From assembly GCF_006345805.1 (NCBI RefSeq), contig NC_043011.1, positions 32,624,464 through 32,688,463 on the forward strand: DNA of 64,000 nt. Direction: 5' to 3'. This document shows positions 52,258 through 64,000 of the stretch, piece after piece (position 1 is the first letter of the stretch; every line of letters starts with the position of its first letter). Below the pieces are notes generated by a model. It was not told the origin of the DNA. It ran no database searches and saw only the letters and a list, made by a program, of their open reading frames with translations. The DNA comes from Octopus sinensis (lineage: Eukaryota). The position numbers and the translations under genes were made by a program.

Positions 52258-52828
52258 TATTGGGTTGTCCGGAAAGTTCGTGCAGATTTAGAGTAGCTTA
52301 TCTTTCGACTAATTTTAGAACATGTTTGAGTCCATAAAATAGGATTTGACTACACCTCCATTTAGAGCACAGTTTAAGCTATCTTTTCGTGGAAGAAGGT
52401 TTATATTCCTAAAACCTGTGTTAATTCTGTAACCCTTTAAAATAAAAGATGAGGAAGTTCATTTTCGGCACTTGATGCTTTGGGAACCAGACAAAAATTG
52501 GTGCAGCTCGACTGGGATGTGTTACCCCCACCCACCCTATTCCCCAGATATTACTCCTTCGTATTTCCACTTATTCAGGTCTCTGCAGAATAGACTTAAT
52601 GGTAAAAATTTCAATAACTTAGATGGCGTAAAAAGATACTTTGATGAATTCTTTGCCATGAAACCACCCCAATTCTGGGAAGAGGGTATTTTCAAGGTAA
52701 AGGAAGGATGGAGACGTATTGTGCAACGAAATGGTTCAGATTTGGTTCATTAAAAATATAATGGCAGGTATTTATTGACTTTTTACTTTCCTTTAAATAT
52801 CAGAACGAACTTTCCGGACAGCCCAATA
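52258..52828 (+). mobile_element. Second copy of the internally deleted mariner at 12635-13205
   Basis: Same TIRs, TA TSDs and the same deletion junction (..HLML|WEPDK..). Confidence 0.92.
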
Positions 52829-52906
52829 TAAACATAACAATGAAATATGAATATAAACATGAAAAATAAAAACCTAAATTGAAAGAGGCGATTAAAGTTT
52901 TTTTCC

Positions 52907-52977
52907 TAACCTACAGCCGTTTCAGAAAAGTGGTTGTACACTTCGTACAACCACTTTTCTGAAACGGCTGTAGGTTA
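52907..52977. repeat. Perfect palindrome, 33-bp arms, 5-nt loop
   Basis: TAACCTACAGCCGTTTCAGAAAAGTGGTTGTAC-ACTTC-GTACAACCACTTTTCTGAAACGGCTGTAGGTTA. Confidence 0.95.
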
Positions 52978-53757
52978 TTCAGCCCTCCTTCCTCAGAGTT
53001 CCTTTCTCGAGGTAAAATCCAGCAAAAAGCATTAAGGCACTACATGGTGAGTATTCAGTTGGTGAAAGTTCAGTTTTTGAGTATCGAAGATTTTCTGAAG
53101 ATTTTCTGAAGATTTTCAAGAGGATTACCACGTTTAAATAAGAAATGAAAATCATTGAAAGGTTAACTTTAGTTTATCATGCAAATAATAGCCAATGGGA
53201 ATATTCCACTTTGTACTGATTACTATAAAAAAATAATTTAAGATTACAGGTTTGTGCATTGGACCTAATGATCTAACTGGACCGTATTTTCAAAAAGCTT
53301 TTATATTCTAAAAAATTATATTTTAATGTTTAAGAAAATTATAAGACGCTAAATATTTATGCTTACAGATTACTAAAATGTCTGTAATTTTATTTAATAA
53401 TATGTCTTTATTTCTATTACTAGCGTATAGTATGCTACTCGATTCCTTGATGCAAAGCCTATACGATTTAGTATATGTGTTCTATGGTGTTGATTCAGTA
53501 ATTATCAATCATCGTTAATTATACTCAATGTTAGACTGTATGAGGTGGTTAATGTATGATGCTAATGTCGTGGAATTTTTTATATAGGGGTGAATAAATG
53601 AATTCTTGTGTCCCCTATATCTAATTTTAAAATCAGTAGTACTCCCTATATAAATTTTTCTAAGTTCGGAGTGTTAAACTAATAAACCTGTTAGCTGTTT
53701 AAACACCCGTCTTCGTATTTTGTTCATTCCAAATATATATGTATGTGTGTGTATGCA

Positions 53758-53811
<54 letters not shown>

Positions 53812-53812
<1 letters not shown>

Positions 53813-54200
53813 CTGAGAATGTGTGTCTGTCTGTCTGTGTGTTTCCCTAAAACTTGAGAACTACACAACCAATTTCATTCAAATTTTACACATGCCTTAC
53901 TTAGGGTCCAGGGAGTGTCATGGGCAATTTTAAACTTTTTGCCTAGGGCGAGCCCACAGCAATATATCTTCTCCACTATGAAGGGGCAAAAAAAATTCGA
54001 ACTTCTTGCCTAGGACGAGCCTACAAACATTACGTGTTAAAAGTGAAACAAAAACATCTCTCCATTGTAAAGTGAGATACTTTCACTTTAATACTGAAAC
54101 TATTAAAGTCAAACTATTATGTAAGAAGGATGAACCATTAACAGTGGACATCCATTTTGCTAAAAGAAGATCCGCTATGGTCTTGTATGCTACACTACTG
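53812..54200 (+). mobile_element. Second copy of the Helitron-like element seen at 47170
   Basis: Shared CCCTAAAACTTGAGAACTACACAACCAATTTCATTCAAATTTTACACATG...GCCTAGGGCGAGCCCACAGCAATAT. Confidence 0.55.
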
Positions 54201-54431
54201 GTTTTCAATTCATGTCAATCAAATTAATATTCAATTTCTCACCCTTATTATTTTAAATTTAAATTTAAACCCAGAACCACGTGTTTTTGAACGAAGTTTG
54301 TTACCACACAGCCACACCTGCACATATGTATGTGTGTGTGTGTGTGTATATCTCTGTATGTGTGTGTAGCTGTATATGTATACATTTATTTCTATACATA
54401 AAGATGTATATGTATACATGTATATGAATAG

Positions 54432-54500
<69 letters not shown>

Positions 54501-54966
54501 TGTACACATATATTCACATATATACACCGATACACACACACACAGGTGCAGGTGTAGCTGTGTAGTAACAAATTTCGTTCCAAAACACATGGTCCTCAGT
54601 TCAGTCCCACTGTGTGGTAACTTGGCACGTGTCTTCTGCTATAGCCTCAGACCAACCAAAGCCTTGTCAGTGGATTTTGTGGACAGAAACTGAAAGAAAA
54701 ATCAATTGTATGTATATGTAAGTTTATGTGTGTATCTTTGGGTTTCTCCCTCATCACTGCTTCACAACTGGTGTTCGTTCATTTACATCCCCATAACTTA
54801 CTAGTTTCACAAGAAGAAACCGATAAAATAAGTACCAGGTTTATCAAAATGAAAAAAAAATCCACTAGGCAGTATCTCATATTTTTGTTTGCTCACACAA
54901 TTTATCTTTGTGTGCGTGTGTGTGTGTATGCATGCATACATACATACATACATACATACATACTAC

Positions 54967-55054
<88 letters not shown>

Positions 55055-55057
55055 ATA

Positions 55058-56638
55058 TACAGTTGCGGCCAAAATGTTCAGAACGGCATTGTTTTCGTCA
55101 GAAAAGTAGATATAATTTTTTATCAAAGTAGTTTTATATTCTATAATTTTCACAGACAATAAATACAATATTAATTGTTATTGTCTGAGATTTTGGTGGA
55201 ATTTGAGAGGATAATACAAAAGTTATGGATGATTTAGTGATTTACTGCAAAACCCATGGCGGCCAAAATGATCAGAACGGTTGAAAAAATAACAAAATAA
55301 TTAAAAATGACAGAGAATACTGGAATTATTTAATATTTAGTGTGAAGCCCTTTAGCTTCAATCACACTCTGACATCTTCGACTGCATGAGGAACTTAAAT
55401 TTTCAATTTCTTGCTGGGTGATCTTATTCCATTCTTCCTGAAGGGCATTCCATAATTGCTCAGTTGTTTTAGGATTTCTGGCTTTCGAACGTTCTCCTAG
55501 AAATTTTCCATACATTTTCAATAGGATTGAGATCTGGGCTTTGAGCAAGCCAATCCATAACAATAACCTTTTCAGCCTTGAGGAAGTTCATGACCACCTT
55601 AGCCTTGTGACATGGGGCATTGTCCTGCATGAATATGGGTGGTTGGTTAGTTGAATTTCTCAGCACAGGCAAGACATGATCTTTTACAAGTTGTTTATAA
55701 ACTCCTGCATTTACCTTTCCATGGAATCGCACCAAAGGGCCCACACCATCTCCAGATATCATCCCCCAAACCATGACACTTCCTCCACCGAATTTAACAC
55801 TAGTCTTAAGGCATTTAGGCGACAATTTTTCACCTACTTTTCTACGAACGTACCTTTTCCCATCTGAGCCAAATAACAAACTTAGATTCATCACTGAAAT
55901 GCACCGTTTTCCATTTTTCTTGAGACCACAACACATGTTTGGTTGCAAAGGTAAGACGACACTTTTTTATTCTTGGGGCTGATCAGTGGCTTCACTTCAG
56001 GTGCTCTTGTTTGTAGGTCATGTTCAACTAAATGACGAGACAGTTTTTCGAGATAAAGTTTTCTTCAATACAATACTCATTTTCCGAGAAACAGCAGCAG
56101 CAGTTTTAAATCTGTCCTTTTTAACCAACTTTACCATAGCACAATCTTCTCTCTTGGTCGTTTTTCTTGGCCTACCTGAAAACTTTCTTGCTTCACACGA
56201 ACCACAATCATTGTAGACCTTAAGAATACCGTGTACAACACTTTTTGACTTGTTAACAATATTTGCAATAGATCCAATACTTAAATTATCCTTCCTTCGA
56301 AGCTTAATAATCTGCAAATATTCTTACTAATGGTTAGTAAACGAACCGTCACGTAAACAAATTCAAAACATTAGAGTTCGCCGGTTAAATATACTAAAAC
56401 ACGAAGCAAAAGCAACCGTTCTGATCATTTTGGCCGCCATGGGTTTTGCAGTAAATCACAAAATCATCCATAACTTTTGTATTATCCTCTCAAATTACAC
56501 CAAAATCTCAGGCTATAACAAATAATATTATATTTATTGTCTGTGGAAATTATAGAATATAAAACAACTTTGATAAAAAATTATATCTACTTTTCTGACG
56601 AAAACAATGCCGTTCTGAACATTTTGGCCGCCACTGTA
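55058..56638 (-). mobile_element. Near-complete Tc1 (DD34E) transposon with long IR-DR termini; transposase frameshifted
   Basis: 223-bp TIRs (55060-55282 / 56414-56636), each with outer and inner GCGGCCAAAATG.TCAGAACGG direct repeats, and TA TSDs in (TA)n. ORF pieces give GRPRKTT, FSDES, QDNAPCH and SPDLNPIENVW, with 34 aa between D and E. Confidence 0.96.
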
Positions 56639-57306
56639 TATATATATATATATATAGATTGTATATTTATAGATTGTATATTTATTCTGTCCAGTTACGT
56701 ATCAGTATAGTGGTCATTTGCAAACTCCAACTTTCATTTCTCCTTAGCCCTCACGTCACACAGTTGTTAATGTTTATTTCAGTTGGGTCACGCCCTTCCA
56801 ATTGCTATAGATTCGTAATGCATCTTACTGCTGTGCCTGTCACCTGGATGGTGAGGAATCCTACATTGGGAGTGGTAACGATTAGGCAGACTGCTTATTG
56901 TGATCATTCGTCTTTTGGTTTCCTGTAGCTTTGCTCTCTTTTACAAACCCAGTGAACATATATTTCCTATTTCAAAGAAATTCAAACAATAGATATAAGA
57001 CCCATTTTAAAAAGATTCTCTGGTTGACATTAAGATGCCTACCCCCAATAGGGGCGTTAACACTCACATTTTAGAGCTCCATGACCTCCATTTTCAGGAG
57101 CACATACTTTTAACAGGTTCGATAAGACTGGAATTTTGGAATATGCCCATAAAAATCAGTAGTATGGGATACATGTGGCACGATTACAATTTTGTTTGGG
57201 TGTGTAAAGAGGGAAATAACCCTCATCTGCAATTTTGATGAAATTCGAAACATAGGTATTTCAGTTCATTATAGAAAATATAACAGAAAAGTCTAATTCT
57301 TCTTTA

Positions 57307-57672
57307 GATCGATAAAATGACTTAGCGGTTCGCAAAATAAGATCGATAAAATGACTTAGCGGTTCGCCAAAAATGATCGATAAAATGACTTAGCGTTGCG
57401 ACAAACATGATCGACTTAGCGGTTCGCCAACAAGATCGATAAAATGACTTAGCGGTTCGGCAAACGAGACGATAAAATGACCTAGCGGTTCGCCAAACGA
57501 GACGATAAAATGACTTAGCGACTCACTAAACAAGATCGATAAAATGACTTAGCGGTTCGTCAAAAATGATCGATAAAATGACTTAGCGGTTCGACAAACA
57601 AGATCGATAAAATGACGTAGCAATTCGACAAACGAGATTGATAAAGGAGATTGATAAAATGACTTAGCGGTT
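57307..57672. repeat. ~34-bp minisatellite (about 11 units) derived from an internal segment of SINE family B
   Basis: Unit GATCGATAAAATGACTTAGCGGTTCGNCAAANNA versus SINE B CTTAGCGGTTCGGCAAAAGAGACCGATAGAAT. Confidence 0.9.
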
Positions 57673-59134
57673 TAAGTCATTTAAGAATGACATTTAAGAA
57701 TACAGACACTTGTGTATGCTAATATATGTGTTTACGTGCGCATGCGTTAATCTGTATATGCATGTATTTATTAAACTAACCATTAATTTTCCTGTTTTAG
57801 CTTAAGGTATGCTTAGTATTTTTCTATAACTTTTGGTTTAGAATTTTTGATCTTTAATGTTTGTTAAATTTATCAAATTCATATTTCCGTTTGCTTCTTG
57901 TCGTCCTGTATTTGATTTGCGGCCTTTTAGAGTTGAATATGTTATCATTTTCTCATAACTGTTGTCAAACCCTATAAGAAAGGGGTTCAGACAGCACATT
58001 AATCCGGTACTCCGAGAGAACTAAGAGGAGCCTGTAACTATGTTCAAGGACACCTCCTAAATGCTCATGACTCTTTGATTTCTGAGAGGTCAATCACATT
58101 TGGGATCTTTGTGGTAATCGTTACTGCAAGTAGAAATCTTTAAAAAATATTTCTAATGTATCATATATATGTACTTTTTGACGCTGAATCCAAATTTGTT
58201 ATTCATTTATTTCAGAAAAAATTTGCGAAAATGTTACAGATGTTCAAAGTTTGATCATTTTCAGAATTTTCAGCCAACCAGAAAACAGCGCGTTCGCTGC
58301 CCCTTCAATCATCTGTCGCAGTAGTGAGGTGTGGGGGAGGGTCACCGGCATGTCAAAACATTAAGCTAGCTACAGTAAACAGTGAAAAACATTAAAACAT
58401 TTCTCGAGCAAATTAAATATCTAAAAGCTACGAGCAAACCAACAGGAGTTGCTAGAAATAACAGTCAAAACATTGCTTAAAATAGATATTTATTAGTTGA
58501 AAAATTCAAGAACGAATGTTTGCGATACATTCTAGGATTTTATAAAATAGATCATCTGTCTCATATCTCCTTCTCCACATAAATTCACAAAGATAAGAAT
58601 CAACCATGGAACGGTATGTCCGATAGCGGCGTTTGTTTACACGCTTTAAAGATGCCCAGGTACTCCCAGTTTGTTGATTACACTCCTTGGGCGCATACGC
58701 AAATCTTTGGTTACTGTGGAAACTATGTTCTTCGTAGTCAACTATGGAACACGTTGTGCCGCTTTGCTTAATATGCTAACAGAACTTCACGGTGATGTAT
58801 AAAATACTCGCTTCTGATTGGTTAAAACGCCCAAATTTTGCAAATTTTAAAGGCTAATAACTTTTTAATTGTGGATTTATAGGAAAAATGAATTTCATTT
58901 TCATAATTAGTATACAAAACATAATCCATATACCAAATTTGAAAACAATTGGAACAAAATTGTAGATAGTGATGATAACCACAATGATTCCACATTTGTT
59001 CCGCGTTGCCAAATTTCTCTCCGAGGTTCTATTTCTTGAAAGTGGCTCATCCTCGTGTCGTGTTTAAATCAATTTCTCTTTCAATGAATTTATCGATTTT
59101 AAAATGTTCTTTAAATTTTGCTTCTCGCATTTAT

Positions 59135-59670
59135 TTCGTTGGTTTATGGTCTTTGTACGTGATTTTCGGGCATGTGTTTGTGGCCTTTGTACATCATTCC
59201 AAACAGAATGCGATTATAGACTTTGTATGTGATTCATAGCATAAAGTTTAAGGTCTTCGTACGTCGTCCAAAACATGATGCATGTATGGTCTTTATACAT
59301 CACTTCCAGACATGTGCCTGTGGTCTTTGACTGTCATTTTCAACATAAGGTTTCTATGGTCTTTGTACGTCTTTCCAAACAAAAATGTTTGTGGTTTTTG
59401 TAGCGTTATTCAAGGCATGATGTGTTTATGGTCTTTGAACGTCATTCCAGACAATATTAGCAGCATTTGTATGTCATTCCAGATACAATGCGCTTGTGGT
59501 CTAAGTATGTCATTCCAGACAATTTTTATGGTCTTTGTATGTCGTTCCAAACATAATGTGGTTTTAGTCTTTCTACGTAATTCATGACATAATATCTGAA
59601 CGGTCTCTGAAGGTCATTCCGGAGATATGTTTGTGCTCTTTGTATGTAATTCCAAGCATAATATTTTTAT
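59135..59670. repeat. Old degenerate ~34-35-bp minisatellite
   Basis: Recurrent TTTATGGTCTTTGTACGTCATTCCAAACA-like units. Confidence 0.75.
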
Positions 59671-60179
59671 GAGCATGTTGAGCTGTTTTTAGATGTTTTG
59701 TTCATTCTTTTGTTAGATTCTATATATCCGCAACATAAAAAGAAATACTTTCTTGATTATTATCCGCCTTTTAAAGACTCGGAGTTCTTTACGCCTTTAA
59801 GACGCGCGCGCAACAAGCTTTCGCACAGTTCCGTCTATCAGATTCATTTAACAAGGAATTGGTCGGTCAGGAGCTATAGTTGAAGACTTGAAGACTCTTG
59901 TCTAAGATACTGCACAGTGGGACTGAACCCGAAACCATGTGGTTGCAAAACGAGCTTCTTAACTTCACAGCCATATGTCGACAATTAGGGCAAAATTGCC
60001 ATTTTTGTCATAGAATATAAACCAGAAAACCAAAACAACAGGACTACAGGACTACTACATGGTCTCTCTGTATACTTAAATCGCGTAATATTTTCACATT
60101 ATTATTTTCTTAGTTAAGTGAAGGTTCAGATAAAAGTGCTTTTCTTTTTTTACTCGAAGGAGTTGAAATTACTCAGACA

Positions 60180-60480
60180 TTTGTGGTGTAGTTTCTCTAC
60201 CTTATTGTGTCTCCTGACGCATTTTATTGGACTTATTGTAGGATAGATGCCTAAGAAACGTTGTGATACATTAAGTAAACACATCACACAAGCAGCATTT
60301 GTTATCTATATTGCATGAGATGTAGCAAGTCTTTCAAATACATATTTTATTGCAGATGACGTTGCTTCTGTTGTCACAATCAGATTGGATTTGTTCATCA
60401 AAGTCAGAGTTAATTTTTAATTTATGTACCAGGCATCCAGTCCACAGAAGTGCTGGCCGTGTACAGATACGTTTTTATAG
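60180..60480 (-). mobile_element. Ancient RLE-type non-LTR retrotransposon fragment (CCHC/RHN region)
   Basis: Minus-strand frames give VHGQHF, TEATSSAIK, NKCCLCD and RRHNKVEKLHHKC in the order expected for LHGQ / TEG..A.Q / KCRLC / RHN.V...LH. Confidence 0.45.
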
Positions 60481-61283
60481 TTGTTCACCATAGTTTATTT
60501 AGGTAACATTAGTAAGTTCGACCTTGCTGTTGCTTTAGATTTAGACGTTGAGGTGTTTGAAATCTAATCCTATTCCTTTAGAGAATTTTGTTAATCGACG
60601 TGTTACCTTTTGTGCTCTCATAATCAACAAAGGTACATAGAAGTTCTCCTTGCGGATTGATACATCATAGAACTGTGTAATATAGCCGACACTGTAAATG
60701 TGTTCATACCTCTGCTAGTAGTATTCTTACGATTTACATAATTTCAATTATTCTTTGTGTCTTTTATGCTACGCTTTTTCAGTCATCAAACTGCAGCCAT
60801 GCTAGAGCACAATCTTAAAGGATTTAGTCGAACAATTCGATCTAATTGTTTGTTTTAAAATCTGACGTTTAATCTAGAGCTCAGGAGTCGGGGAAATTTT
60901 TTAACCTGTTACTCCAAAATATATACATTTACGCCGACGTTACTCCTTTGATTTGAAAGGAAGAAAATCATAGACTCTTTGAATTCAAAAGGTTTATTGA
61001 ATATATTTTATTGAATCTATTTATATGAATTTATTTACACGTCCATTACATTGGACAGATGCAGTGTTGCCAGAAAAAAATTCTGTCGTAACAAGGAATA
61101 CGTTTTTTTTTTATATAATTGTACTTATGTCTAAGGAATTGTCATTACTCCCAAGTATTTCATTTTTACCCTCACTTGGGGTAATTTACCCCTGTTCACT
61201 GACCCTTGCTCTAGCAGACACCGCTAAGTTGCGGGGACGTAGACAAACCAACATCATCAGTTGTGAAGTGGTGCTGGGGAAAA

Positions 61284-61324
<41 letters not shown>

Positions 61325-62148
61325 CACGACGAACTCCTACACAGTTTCCGTTCAGGTAATTCACTCACAAAGCACTGGACGACTCGGGACTACAGTAGAA
61401 GACACATGCCCAAAAGCGCAGCGCAGCGGAACTGAACCCGAACCCACATGGTTGGAAAGTGAGTTTCTTAACCACACCGACTGACTGCAACTTAAAGATA
61501 AATAATATGTATGGCGGTCATATTTTTCTTTATATTTATCTTATTTATCTTATATGGTAATTGGTGAACAATAGCGCCGTTGGTTACTGTTATCCATTTT
61601 AACGAGCTAATCACGGACTTAGTTCACTGTAGTGAAGTTATGATAGAAAGTGAGGCCACAGAGTCAGGGCAGTACAATGTGGTAGCGAAACGAACTTCTT
61701 GTTTAATCACTCAGCTTTGCATCTTCGTTGTACAAAGAGATTTTATAGTATGTTGGATCTAATCTCATTGAAACTACTTTTACTTTTCTCCGTTATTTTT
61801 CGTAGTAATCAGCCTCTCTCATTTGATAGAGCGACCGACTCGATGACCCTGGACGAATTTAAAGTAATTAAATGACTAGTAAATGTCAGTTTTGCGGGAA
61901 GACGACAATGAATAGAAATACACTGAACTGTACCCTTGTCTGTCATGTGATGAGTAATTTTGGAATATGTTTTTGCCAATATGGATAATATACAGTAATG
62001 TATATGAAAGGCGCCAATTTTAAAAAATGCGCTCATAGAGAACGGTCGCTCCCCTTGGTTCTCCTATTAGCTATATCACTGGTAATGTTGCATAGCAACA
62101 GTTACTTTTTTTTTTTTTTCATTATCCTCATTTTTCTAATTGCAAGAA

Positions 62149-62643
62149 GTGTGGTAAGTAGCTTGCTTACCAACCACATGGCTCCGAATTCCGTCCCACT
62201 GCGTGGCACTTTGGGCAAGTGTCTTCTACTATAGCCTCGGGCCGACCAAAGCATTGTGAATGGATTTGATAGACGGAAACTGAAAGAAGCCCGTCGTGTA
62301 TATGTATGTGTGTGTGTGTGTGTGTGTGTGTACGTTTGTGTATCTGTGTTTGTCCTCCCAACATCGTCTGACAACCGACGCGGGTGTGTTTACGTTCCCG
62401 TAACTTAATGGTTCGGCAAAAAAGATCGATAAAATTAGTACTAGGCTTACAAAGAATAAGTCCTGGGGTCGATTTGCTCGACTAAAGGCGGTGCTCCAGC
62501 ATAGCCACAGTCAAATGACTGCATAGTACTTATTCTATCGGTCTCTTGCCGAACCGCTAAGTTACGGGGACGTAAATACACCAGCATCGGTTGTCAAGCG
62601 ATGTTGCGGGGATAAACACACACACACACGCACACACACACAC

Positions 62644-62709
<66 letters not shown>

Positions 62710-62856
62710 CATATATACGACGGGCTTCTTTCAGTTTCCGTCTACCAAATCCACTCACAAGGCTTTGGTCGACCCGAGGCTATAGTAGAAGACACTTGCC
62801 CAAGGTGCCACGCAGTGGGAATGAACCCGGAACCATGTGGTTGGTGAGCAAGCTAC
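62149..62856. mobile_element. Directly adjacent inverted pair of family B SINEs (+ ~62149-62520; - ~62526-62856)
   Basis: Both match the consensus; the orientation switches at ~62521-62525. Confidence 0.88.
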
Positions 62857-62859
62857 TAA

Positions 62860-63155
62860 GACCCGCAGAAGAGAAAGCAGGTCAACCCCCGACACCGAGA
62901 GCATCGACGGATGGATGAATGCGCATCCAGGCTCAGCGGTTGCGTAGGAAGTCGGGGATAAGAAACAGGAAGAAAGAGTGAGAGAAAGTTGGGGCGAAAG
63001 AGTACAACAGGGGGCGCCACCACCCCCTACCGGAGCCTCGTAGAGCTTTAGGTGTTTTCGCTCAATAAACACACACAACGCCCTGTCTGGGAATCGAAAC
63101 CACGATCCCTATGACCGCGAGTCCGCTGCCCTAACCACTGGGCCATTGCGCCTCC
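62860..63155 (-). mobile_element. SINE family C with tail type 4
   Basis: Same head and centre as the other C copies. The tail ...CCCCGACTTCCTACGCAACCGCTGAGCCTGGATGCGC...GGGGGTTGACC is unique in the window. Confidence 0.8.
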
Positions 63156-63428
63156 TGCTGTTGCTGATGGCTAGATGACCCGAGAGATTCAGACATGGTG
63201 ATTCTTTTATCTATAATCTTTTGCTTGTCTCAGTCACTGGACTGCGGCCCTGATGGAGCACTGCCTTGAAGGGTTTACTCATACAAATCAACTCCATTAC
63301 ATTTTTTTTTTTTTTTAGTTTGGTACTTATTCTATATGAGATTCTTTTGCCGAGCCGCTAAGTTGTGGATACATAAACAAACCAACAACAGTTGTCAAAC
63401 GGAAGTAGGACACACACACACACACACA

Positions 63429-63488
<60 letters not shown>

Positions 63489-63940
63489 GAGAAAGAGAGA
63501 GAGAGAAAAAGAGGAGGAAGAGAGAGAGGGAAAAGAGAGAGAGGTGAAAGAGAGAGAGAGCGCGCACGAGAGAGAGAGAGAATATTGTGGTAATGAAGAC
63601 GGGATTGTTATTGACATGATGAATTCTGTAACCTTTAAAAAAAGATAAGGTAACCATATCAGTGTGCGCGCGCGCGTGCGTGTGAGTGTGTGTTTACACT
63701 TTGAAGCGTCAGGGTGAAAATAAATACAATAAAACGTGAGGAAATATCAGTTTGAAAGCAACACGAATAAACATTTATTGGTTCTGTGTATTGAAAAATT
63801 ATTACAAATCGACATCATATAATATATTTTAATCCATTTGAAATATTTTCCTCCGACAAACAAACTAATAAATTAATTAATTAATTAATTAATTCCTACG
63901 TTTACTTGGTAGCAGAATGTCGCTTTCGTTTATTCAATTA

Positions 63941-64000
63941 CTAGCAGTATCGCCCGGCGTTGCTCGGGTTTGTAAGGGAAATAACTATAAAGCATTTTTA
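63941..64000 (-). mobile_element. Helitron-like 3' terminus (element continues beyond the window)
   Basis: Minus strand reads CCCGAGCAACGCCGGG (GC hairpin), then ~9 nt, then CTAG|T. Confidence 0.7.

Noticed and set aside
57307-57672. CRISPR-like repeat/spacer appearance
   Set aside because: The variable part is only 6-8 nt, the unit derives from a SINE, there are no cas genes and the context is eukaryotic.

Overview
Eukaryotic, AT-rich DNA saturated with repeats. The SINE families and extreme (TA)n/(CA)n/(ATT)n density suggest an octopus (coleoid cephalopod) genome; this is an inference from recognition, not a database result. No intact host protein-coding gene can be supported, and most ORFs in the track are microsatellite or SINE read-through. 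Supported content: (1) at least four tRNA-derived SINE families, labelled A-D here, with dozens of copies, tandem arrays, dimers and swapped 3' tails; (2) Tc1/mariner elements, including a near-complete DD34E IR-DR Tc1, a full-length decayed mariner and several MITEs, often nested; (3) a decayed Penelope-like retroelement (RT + GIY-YIG) and several small Penelope-terminus islands inside (TA)n tracts, two of which fold into minimal type I hammerhead ribozymes; (4) restriction-like-endonuclease (R4/Dong-like) LINE fragments, Helitron-like ends and a hAT-like MITE; (5) a full-length but mutated 5S rRNA copy; (6) several perfect or near-perfect palindromes and minisatellites. The best candidate 'system' is a set of (TA)n-associated, hammerhead-bearing Penelope-derived elements that appear to generate local fold-backs. 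All coordinates, alignments and folds were done by eye, and SINE boundaries are approximate.
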